Shown here: positions 56,371 through 64,000 of the stretch, piece after piece
Layout of the letters: each line of letters starts with the position of its first letter
Numbering within the stretch: position 1 is the stretch's first letter
Origin: an uncultured Candidatus Saccharibacteria bacterium
GTDB lineage: Bacteria; Patescibacteriota; Doudnabacteria; UBA920
Direction: 5' to 3'
DNA: 64,000 nt
Assembly: GCA_964474825.1 (NCBI GenBank)
Contig: CAYYWQ010000001.1
Coordinates: forward strand, 293,609 to 357,608
Made by a program: the position numbers and the translations under genes
Notes under the pieces: generated by a model
Seen by the model: the letters and a program-made list of their open reading frames with translations, nothing else
What the model was told of the DNA's origin: nothing
The model's database searches: none

Positions 56371-57060
56371 CTATTTCAAATGGGGGTAGTTTGCCTCCAT
56401 CAGCGCCCGCAGGCATTCCTGCCTGTATCCGCACGCCGCCAAGTTGGCAAAGGCTACCGTAAAGTTTTCCGGTACGTCATCGAAGACTTTGCGCCAAAGC
56501 AGTAGGGTAATCTGCACACTTTCGACGTACCAAGCTCTTATCTCTTCGTCCAGCAGCTCTTGTTTCGATCTTGGCTGCTTCCAAAACTTTTTGTTATCCA
56601 AATGGATTGTTTCGTGGGCGAAGTAAAGTGGTAATAGCAGCGTGGGTTTCCTGCCATGCGTTAGCTCTTGCCAGGGCGGAATCCCGTACTCGTAGCGGAT
56701 TAACTCAGCGAACCTAATTAACGAAACGGCAATGAAAGGCCTGCGTTTTTTCCACCAGTGACGTTTGGTGTGGCCGCTTTCCATAATGCAGTTATGACAG
56801 TCGGCAAAAGTACGAACAAAGACGATGTCTAATCGCTTCGCACTGTACTCATCGAGCACCCACTGCATCCGCTTTTTAAGCGTCGTCGGCCAGTAGTTAT
56901 TTCCCTCTGACTTGGGATCTGCGGCAAACATGAGGGACTCAAAAGCTATGGTAGCATCTTCCCAAGTTGGCTGAGGTTGCGGTTTGGCGTTCGTTTCTTG
57001 GGCGAACACCGTGGATGATGAAAGAAATAGAAAAAATACGATCGTTTGAAATCGTTCCAT
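56371..57060 (-). CDS. secreted protein with HExxH motif
   Basis: GGAGG SD, signal peptide VFA|Q, AHETIH followed by EE.RA. Confidence 0.6.
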   Translation of the reverse strand: MERFQTIVFFLFLSSSTVFAQETNAKPQPQPTWEDATIAFESLMFAADPKSEGNNYWPTTLKKRMQWVLDEYSAKRLDIVFVRTFADCHNCIMESGHTKRHWWKKRRPFIAVSLIRFAELIRYEYGIPPWQELTHGRKPTLLLPLYFAHETIHLDNKKFWKQPRSKQELLDEEIRAWYVESVQITLLLWRKVFDDVPENFTVAFANLAACGYRQECLRALMEANYPHLK

Positions 57061-57179
57061 TGTGTCCTCCCGTTCATTTCGATTTGTAACTCAAAAGGTT
57101 AACATGATTTTATTTATTTGTAAACCATGCGCTAAATAAAAAAAGAGCGGGCCTAAACCCGCTCTTGCCCACTAAGATT

Positions 57180-57584
57180 TTATTTCTTTGCCAGAAGTTC
57201 TATTAAATTTCCTTTAAAGCCACGAATTTCGCTGTGGATTCCTAAAACGTCGTTGGCGGAAATGGGTTTTTTGTTACGGAATTTGCTACTGTCGCCTCTG
57301 GTTAAATCTGTCACCATGCCAACACTAAAGACTTCTGGGCCTCTGATTTCCACGTTAAAAATTACGGAACTCTTACATTTTTGGCAATCTGAATGAAGTA
57401 CAACGCATGCTTCGCCAAAAACGTCATCCTGTTCGCTTTCAATAACCTGGGTATTTTTTAAATTATATTTCTGTCCGCAAATCGGGCATTTTAAAATATA
57501 TCCCAGCCATTCCATAACTTTTTTCAAATCAAAATGTTTTCCTCCAAAAGAGGAGCCTCTTCCATGGGGAGCATTGTTTTTCAT
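57180..57584 (-). CDS. hypothetical Zn-ribbon protein
   Basis: CPIC...H.DCQKC, TDLT..D, IS.NDVL..H. Confidence 0.75.
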   Translation of the reverse strand: MKNNAPHGRGSSFGGKHFDLKKVMEWLGYILKCPICGQKYNLKNTQVIESEQDDVFGEACVVLHSDCQKCKSSVIFNVEIRGPEVFSVGMVTDLTRGDSSKFRNKKPISANDVLGIHSEIRGFKGNLIELLAKK

Positions 57585-57606
57585 ATATTTATACTATCAT
57601 AAACTT

Positions 57607-58710
57607 TTAAAAGCGCAAAGCTTTGGATTGCATGGACACATTTTGGGCAATCCCAAGGGCAATTAAGGTCACAATAAGGGAACTGCCGCCCGCGCTAATG
57701 AGCGGCAATGGAATGCCGGTAACAGGCAGGAGCCCAATATTCATCCCTACATTAATTAAAACGGCAATAAGTATTAAAAAGAACACCCCTCCGGCTAAAT
57801 AAAACCCCAGGTCGTCTTTGGCCCGCTTAGCTATGGCGAGTAATCTTATTAAAATAAAGAAATAAAGGCTGAGCAAAGCGGTGGAACCTAAAAAGCCAAC
57901 TTGCTCGGCGCTAGCCGCAAAAATAAAGTCCGTCTCCTGTTCCGGTAAAAATTTATTTTGGCTTTGGGCGCCCTTTCCTAATCCCGCCCCCAGGAGTCTG
58001 CCACTTCCCGCGGCAATTGTGGCTTGCCTAACGTTGTATCCCCGCCCCCGGGGGTCTAATTGCGGGTTAATAAAAACGAGAACCCGGTCCCGCTGGAAAT
58101 CTTTTAATAAAAATTTCCAGGTAATGCCGCCCATGCAAATAAAAGCTGCCAGCAGAATAAACAGGAATTTTTTTTCTATGGGACTAATAAGTAGTATGCC
58201 AGCCCACAGTCCCAGCAAAAGCAAGGCCGAACCTAAATCCGGCTCCACTAAAATTAAGGCCGTGGGTACTAATACATAACACAAAGACCAAATAATGCGC
58301 GGCCAGGAATTTATTTGGCCTCGGCGCATATGAAGGAGTCTGGACAGTCCCAGTAAAATAACTATTTTAGCAAATTCCGCTGGTTGGAAGCGGAAAAAAC
58401 CTACGTCCAACCAACGTCTGCCGCCTCGTATGAGGGATCCAAACACTAATAAATAAACCAGAAGTATTAGCAAGACTATGTATAACAGTCTGTTGGTTTT
58501 GGCAAGGCTATGGTAATCAAAGAATGCAAAAAATAAATAGGCACCAAAACCCAAAATTAAAAAAACAGACTGTTTCCAAAAAATACCCAGGCCTGTATCA
58601 CTTCCGGAAGCTATGCTGTAAAGCAAAGCTAGCCCGGCAATGGTAAGAAGCACGGTCGCGGCCTGAAGTGCAATATCAAAATAGCGAAATTTTCGAAGGA
58701 AATTTAACAA
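57607..58710 (-). CDS. rodA: SEDS family protein RodA/FtsW
   Basis: RRW, FQPAEFAK, EPDLG, GYN..Q...A.GSG, LPEQETDFIF, PVTGIPLPLIS.GGSS. Confidence 0.9.
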   Translation of the reverse strand: MLNFLRKFRYFDIALQAATVLLTIAGLALLYSIASGSDTGLGIFWKQSVFLILGFGAYLFFAFFDYHSLAKTNRLLYIVLLILLVYLLVFGSLIRGGRRWLDVGFFRFQPAEFAKIVILLGLSRLLHMRRGQINSWPRIIWSLCYVLVPTALILVEPDLGSALLLLGLWAGILLISPIEKKFLFILLAAFICMGGITWKFLLKDFQRDRVLVFINPQLDPRGRGYNVRQATIAAGSGRLLGAGLGKGAQSQNKFLPEQETDFIFAASAEQVGFLGSTALLSLYFFILIRLLAIAKRAKDDLGFYLAGGVFFLILIAVLINVGMNIGLLPVTGIPLPLISAGGSSLIVTLIALGIAQNVSMQSKALRF

Positions 58711-58756
58711 GCAAGTTTGAAGATTAAAAATTAAAGATTAAGGAAAAGTTTAATCC

Positions 58757-59632
58757 TTAATCTCTGCCAGTTTTAGGCCTGCTCAAGTCTGAGGCCGGCC
58801 CGGTAGGCGCGGGAGGAACGGTTACGTTTTGTGAGTCAAGCGGGTTGGTTTCCGCGAAAATTTTAACAGTGTAGTTTGGGTCACCGTAAATATTTGGCCA
58901 AATTTGTTTATAAGTACGGCGTTCAAAAGGCATTACGGTAAAGTCGTCGCGGCGACTTACTCCAACAATTTGGTTGCCTTGATTAAAAATTATAAAGGTC
59001 AGACGGACAGTGGCTAACTGGTATGGGCTGTCGTTAAAATAATTTCCTTCGGCAACAAAAGCGGCGGGAATAAATTGGTTGTAGGTGTCAGGGGCGGAAG
59101 TTTGAATATTTATTTTATTTATGTTCTCACGTTTTTCCCAGTGCAGGTCGGAGGTCCAGGAAAATTTTGCGGATTTAATTTCTTCTTTGGCCGTAAAGCG
59201 CGGCACAACTAAATATTTGCTGTCGTTTGGAAGTAAAAAAGTCTTGCCGCTGTCCTGGTAAATTTGCTCCCCCGCCCCGTTATAAAAACTTAAGCTGTAA
59301 CCGGCCGTAGGCAAGGAAAGCTCCAAATTATTGTTGTCAATTTTTACAGCAGCCCCAAAGGTGTCTTCCCCAGATGTTGTAATAAAAACATTGGATACCG
59401 TAGGCTCTTTAGCCTCGGTGAAGCTCGGCTTGGCCGTAATTAGATATTGGCTGTAAACTTTCTTCCAATAGTTATAGGATATGCTTTTAGCAATAAAATA
59501 ACCGGGCAAAATAGCCAGAATACTTAACACAAGTATCCAGCGTAAAATTTTTGGGAACTGGTTTAAGGCCTGTTGCGCCTTAAGTTCAGCCATGCCGACT
59601 TCCACCTCAATTTTATCTTGTAAAAGAGACAT
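58757..59632 (-). CDS. hypothetical membrane-anchored protein with Ig-like domains
   Basis: One TM plus two beta-rich repeats. Confidence 0.65.
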   Translation of the reverse strand: MSLLQDKIEVEVGMAELKAQQALNQFPKILRWILVLSILAILPGYFIAKSISYNYWKKVYSQYLITAKPSFTEAKEPTVSNVFITTSGEDTFGAAVKIDNNNLELSLPTAGYSLSFYNGAGEQIYQDSGKTFLLPNDSKYLVVPRFTAKEEIKSAKFSWTSDLHWEKRENINKINIQTSAPDTYNQFIPAAFVAEGNYFNDSPYQLATVRLTFIIFNQGNQIVGVSRRDDFTVMPFERRTYKQIWPNIYGDPNYTVKIFAETNPLDSQNVTVPPAPTGPASDLSRPKTGRD

Positions 59633-59703
59633 TTTTGTCTTTGTTGTTAGTGGTTTTATTATAGCAAAGTCAGTAGAATTTTGGTATGATGCAAGTAGAA
59701 TTT

Positions 59704-62700
59704 ATGAATTTCACTCATCTCCACTGCCACTCTCATTACTCCCTGCTCGACGGCTTGTCCAAAATTGACCCGTTAATTGAACGCGTCAAAGAATTAGGCA
59801 TGTCTTCCGTGGCATTAACCGACCATGGGGTTATGTATGGGGCCGTGGAATTTTATACAAAATGTTTGGACGCAGGGCTCAAACCCATAGTGGGTTTGGA
59901 AGCATATATTGCTCCGCGTACTTTGGAAGACAAAGATGGCCGTACAGATGCCGATTATTTTCACTTAACTCTCCTGGCGCAAAATGACGAAGGGTATAAA
60001 AATCTTATTCGGTTAACAACCATTGCCCATTTACAGGGGTTTTATTATAAGCCGCGGATTGACTTAAATGTTTTAACTCGGTACAGCAAAGGAATTATTT
60101 GCCTGTCCGGTTGCCAGCGCGGGGAAATTGCGCGGGCGGCGGTTAATAAATCTTCCACCGAGGCCGATGAAGTTTTGAAAAAATATCTTTCCATTTTTGG
60201 GCCTGAACGTTTATACATAGAGTTGCAGAGAAACAGCAAGACCGAAGAAGGAAAAAAGAGCGAAGACAATTTAAATAACAGGCTGCTGGAATTGGCCAAA
60301 AAAAACCGACTTCCTATTGTTGCCACAGCTGACTGCCACTATATATATCCGGAAGACGCCGAGGCGCAGGACGTGCTTATTTGCATTGGAACGGGCCGTA
60401 CTGTTACGGACACTGACCGGTTGGACATGCGCGGTTACGACTTGTCTTTAAAATCCCCGGAAAAAATGGCGGAAACTTTTTTCGATTTCCCAGAGGCGCT
60501 AGAAAATACCCAAAAAGTTGTGGACTCTTGTAATTTGGAAATTAAAATTAACCAACGTTATTTTCCCAAAGTGGAAATTCCCACCGGCACAACACCGGAA
60601 GATTATTTAAGTAAAACAACATACGAAAAAGCTTTGGCAATTTATGGGAAGCCTGGGGAAGCGAACGCATTGGCCGGGGAAGGCCCTGAAATAGCATCAC
60701 TTACCAATAATGACCTGTCGGCCCTAGAGTTACCACCGGACATTAAAGAAAGAATAGACTATGAGTTGAATATTATTTGTAAAAAAGGCTTTTCAGATTA
60801 TTTTTTAATGGTAGCCGATATTGTGGAAGGTGCTCATAAAATTGGGGCCATTACCAATACCAGGGGCTCTGCCGCGGGTAGCATTGTGGGGCATATTTTG
60901 GGCATTACCAACGTTGACCCTTTGTATTATGAATTGCCCTTTGAGCGCTTTTTAACAATGCATCGCCCAACTCCGCCGGATATAGACTTGGATATTGCGG
61001 ATAACCGGAGAGATGAAGCCATTGCGTACATTACCCAAAAATACGGCAACGACAAAGTTGCCCAAATTATAACTTTTGGGACCATGAAAGCTCGCGCCGC
61101 GGTGCGGGACGCCGGGCGCGCCCTCGCGGTCCCCTATTCCAAGTGCGATCAAATCGCAAAAATGATCCCTTTGGGGAAACAGGGCTTTGACATGAGTATA
61201 GACAAAGCCATTGGGATGAACGCCGAACTTAAGGAAGTTATACAGCGGGACCCTGAAACTCGCCAGCTTTTAAATATTGCAAAAAAAATTGAAGGCAATG
61301 CGCGCCATGCCTCGGTCCATGCCGCCGGTATTGTTATTACCCCAACCCCGCTTGTGGATTACATGCCTTTGCAAAAAGAACCGGATGGCGAGCGCATTGT
61401 CACTCAGTATGATATGTATTCGCTGGACGCTGGCGCATCTTCCCAAGCTATTGGTGTGGTTAAAATGGATTTACTTGGGATTCGTAATTTGTCTATTTTG
61501 GAATCGGCTGTAAAAATTGCCAAAGAGCGCCACGGCATAGACATTAATATTTACAAACTCCCCCACCCCGACCCAAAAACTTTTCAGCTTTTGTCCGAAG
61601 GCTTAACTTTTGGAGTTTTCCAATTGGGAAGCAGCGGCATTACCAGGTATTTACGGGAGCTTAAACCCAGCAGTGTGTTTGATGTTATGGCCATGATAGC
61701 TTTGTACCGTCCGGGGCCCATGCAATTTATTCCGGAATACATTGCGCGCAAACATAACCCAAAATTAATAAAATATTTTGACCCGGCAATGGAAAAAATC
61801 TTACGCCGGACTTACGGTGTTTTGGTTTACCAAGACGACCTTTTAACCATAGCCCATGACTTGGCCGGTTACACCTGGGAAGAGGTAGATAAGTTCCGTA
61901 AGGCCGTGGGTAAAAAAATCCCGGAGGAAATGGCCAAGCAAAAAATTAAATTTATAGACGGCTGCATGAAGACTTCAGGCTGGAGTCTGGAAAAGGCCAC
62001 GCAAATTTGGACATGGATTGAACCATTTGCCGCGTACGGTTTTAACAAGTCCCACTCCGCGTCTTACTCCGTGGTGTCTTACCAAACCGCGTATATGAAA
62101 GCCAATTTTCCCGTGGAATTTATGGCCGCATTAATGACCGCGGAAAGCGGCGACGAAGACAAAATTTACGAAGCTGTGGAAGACTGTGAAAATTTGGGTA
62201 TTGTTGTGCTGCCGCCCGACGTTAACGAGTCCCAGGAAAATTTTACGGTTGTGGACGACAAAACCATCCGTTTTGGCTTAAATGCCATAAAAAATTTGGG
62301 CAGTGATGTAATAGACCAAATTAAAGCCGTGAGGGAAAGCGGTAGGATGTTTGAAACTTTGGAAGATTTTTTGGTGCGCGGGCACACTAAAAATTTAAAC
62401 AAAAAATCCTGGGAGGCTTTAGCCAAAGCCGGGGCACTTGACCGTTTTGGCGAACGCGGACAGCTTTTGGCTAACACCGAAGAAGTTTTGGAATTTACCA
62501 GGGAGTTTTTTAAAGATTTAAACAGCGGGCAAAGCTCTCTGTTTGGGAAGAGTTTGCAAATGGGAAAGTTAAAACTGCGAACAGTCGCCCCGGCCACCAA
62601 AGAAGAAAAACTTCTCTGGGAAAAAGAGCATTTGGGAATGTATGTGTCCGCCCATCCCCTGGACAGTTACAAAAAAGTTTTAGGCAGCTTTAAATCTGTT

Positions 62701-63237
62701 AAACAGCTTTCGTTGGAAGAGTTGGGCCAGAAAGTGGTTATGGGCGGCATTATTTCCCGCCTTAAACGCACCATGACGCGAAAAAATGACCCCATGGCTT
62801 TTTTTACCCTGGAAGATATGAGCGGAAGCGTGGAGGTTTTAGTTTTCCCAAAAATTATGGAAAAAGCACTGCCGCTTTTAGTTAATGACAAAATTGTCCA
62901 GGTCTCCGGAAGGCTTTCTGACAAAGATGAAGAATTTAAACTAATTGCTGACGAAGTTAAAGAGCTGCCCAACGACGACCTATACGGCATGGCGCTTTCG
63001 GAAATAGAGAAAAAGAACAGTCTTATTTTGCATATGGCCACTTTAGCCAACATGCCTGCCTTGAATTCCATAAAAGATATTTTGCAAAAGTACCCGGGCA
63101 ACGCCCAAGTCTATTTGTCTATTGGTTCCGGCGCCGGAGCAAAAAAAATAAAAACCCAATCCTTAGTGGGAATGAGCAATGAACTTATGGCAGAACTGAG
63201 GCAGATTGACGAAATTACAATGGTGGATGTGGGATGA
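59704..63237 (+). CDS. dnaE: DNA polymerase III alpha subunit
   Basis: PHP HLHCHSHYSLLDG, TDHG; RGSAAGS, PDIDLD, HAAG, KMDLLG, YGFNKSH, OB fold. Confidence 0.97.
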   Translation: MNFTHLHCHSHYSLLDGLSKIDPLIERVKELGMSSVALTDHGVMYGAVEFYTKCLDAGLKPIVGLEAYIAPRTLEDKDGRTDADYFHLTLLAQNDEGYKNLIRLTTIAHLQGFYYKPRIDLNVLTRYSKGIICLSGCQRGEIARAAVNKSSTEADEVLKKYLSIFGPERLYIELQRNSKTEEGKKSEDNLNNRLLELAKKNRLPIVATADCHYIYPEDAEAQDVLICIGTGRTVTDTDRLDMRGYDLSLKSPEKMAETFFDFPEALENTQKVVDSCNLEIKINQRYFPKVEIPTGTTPEDYLSKTTYEKALAIYGKPGEANALAGEGPEIASLTNNDLSALELPPDIKERIDYELNIICKKGFSDYFLMVADIVEGAHKIGAITNTRGSAAGSIVGHILGITNVDPLYYELPFERFLTMHRPTPPDIDLDIADNRRDEAIAYITQKYGNDKVAQIITFGTMKARAAVRDAGRALAVPYSKCDQIAKMIPLGKQGFDMSIDKAIGMNAELKEVIQRDPETRQLLNIAKKIEGNARHASVHAAGIVITPTPLVDYMPLQKEPDGERIVTQYDMYSLDAGASSQAIGVVKMDLLGIRNLSILESAVKIAKERHGIDINIYKLPHPDPKTFQLLSEGLTFGVFQLGSSGITRYLRELKPSSVFDVMAMIALYRPGPMQFIPEYIARKHNPKLIKYFDPAMEKILRRTYGVLVYQDDLLTIAHDLAGYTWEEVDKFRKAVGKKIPEEMAKQKIKFIDGCMKTSGWSLEKATQIWTWIEPFAAYGFNKSHSASYSVVSYQTAYMKANFPVEFMAALMTAESGDEDKIYEAVEDCENLGIVVLPPDVNESQENFTVVDDKTIRFGLNAIKNLGSDVIDQIKAVRESGRMFETLEDFLVRGHTKNLNKKSWEALAKAGALDRFGERGQLLANTEEVLEFTREFFKDLNSGQSSLFGKSLQMGKLKLRTVAPATKEEKLLWEKEHLGMYVSAHPLDSYKKVLGSFKSVKQLSLEELGQKVVMGGIISRLKRTMTRKNDPMAFFTLEDMSGSVEVLVFPKIMEKALPLLVNDKIVQVSGRLSDKDEEFKLIADEVKELPNDDLYGMALSEIEKKNSLILHMATLANMPALNSIKDILQKYPGNAQVYLSIGSGAGAKKIKTQSLVGMSNELMAELRQIDEITMVDVG

Positions 63238-63371
63238 CCCTGCCTATCGTTAGGCAGGCGCAGATACGCGGATTAAGATCAGATGGCGCAGATAGCTTAT
63301 TTTAAAAAATGATCGCCGCGGCCTTAGATGGGCCGCGGCGTGATGAGCCTTGCGCGAGGAGGTAGATGGCG

Positions 63372-63596
63372 CTAGGTGATTTTGAGAAAATTACCTTCGC
63401 CAGGATCCTTTTTACCTCCTGTTGCGTAGTTTTTCCGGCCGTTGGTAAACACCAGGCGGAGAAAGTACGCCAATGCGTAGATCGCTATCGTAGCGATACA
63501 GAACCAATTCGCGGGTCCGATAGGTTCACCGGCCAGAAATGGATAGACTGCTACCACGATGAAGGCCACGAGAGTGGCCCAACGGGACGGTGTCAT
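63372..63596 (-). CDS. small two-TM protein
   Basis: AAGGAG SD; two hydrophobic helices; GC hairpin plus T run downstream (about 63304-63345). Confidence 0.55.
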   Translation of the reverse strand: MTPSRWATLVAFIVVAVYPFLAGEPIGPANWFCIATIAIYALAYFLRLVFTNGRKNYATGGKKDPGEGNFLKIT

Positions 63597-63646
63597 AGAA
63601 GCTCCTTTTGGTTTTATTTACCTCCCCCGTATGCAGCGACGGGGAA

Positions 63647-63775
63647 TTATTTCTTATCCGGGGCCTTGTTTTCAGTAGGTTTGGGCCGCCACAGGGCTGC
63701 GAAAAGTACCACGAAAACAAACACCAGAATCATAGCCATTCTTGCTGGAGGAATATCGTATGGCGTACCTTGCAT
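63647..63775 (-). CDS. small single-TM protein, 42 aa
   Basis: TATAAT 6 nt before ATG; MQGTPYDIPPARMAMILVFVFVVLFAALWRPKPTENKAPDKK. Confidence 0.5.
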   Translation of the reverse strand: MQGTPYDIPPARMAMILVFVFVVLFAALWRPKPTENKAPDKK

Positions 63776-64000
63776 AGCACGATTATACGCCTTCTACGAC
63801 AGAAATCAATCCCTTATATAGAATTGTGGAAAAGTGCCTCTTGCCAAGGTTTTGGGATTATCTTATAATAACTTTAGTTCCTCAGACAACGATCCAAGCG
63901 ACCAACTTGGGGAGTTTGAAACAAATAAATCAATAAATCTAAGCTGGTTCTAGAGACTGCCTTGGATGAAAAGTTTAAATAACAGTTTTTGGTAAAAATT

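Noticed and set aside
60640-60740. Possible intein in dnaE
   Set aside because: Only a short (~25 aa) insertion; no C/S...HN splice motifs, and total length is normal.
1-64000. Alternative genetic code (TGA=Gly), prophage or IS elements
   Set aside because: TGA terminates genes such as def, prfA and dnaE, and RF2 is present; no transposase, integrase or phage structural motifs were seen.

Overview
AT-rich bacterial chromosome segment, genetic code 11. The lineage looks like CPR/Patescibacteria; this is an inference from the many near-leaderless genes, short tandem intergenic repeats, CPR-style pilin-like proteins and NLPY-type PrmC. Most genes are housekeeping: a dTTP cluster (dcd, folA, thyA, tmk), prfB, ftsEX, rplI, pyrG, rpmA, iscS, gltX, def/fmt, mltG, hup, queA, rarA, gpmI, rpmG, ahcY, msrA, tsf/rpsB, rpmE-prfA-prmC, rplY, rodA, dnaE and four tRNAs. 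Main points of interest: (1) two tandem pilin-like genes share an identical 409-bp core but carry different cell-wall-hydrolase-like C-terminal domains, downstream of an M23 peptidase; (2) a NiCo/czcD-like four-way-junction riboswitch candidate with an overlapping terminator precedes a P1B-5 ATPase; (3) a lone trpB has a TrpR-like operator and a leaderless Trp leader-peptide attenuator; (4) an unexplained ~270-nt structured RNA lies upstream of iscS; (5) a symmetric dif-like site sits where gene orientation converges; (6) a CYTH enzyme is embedded in the thymidylate cluster; (7) palindromic repeats are inserted in frame in prmC. All family assignments come from motif recognition by eye; no searches were run.
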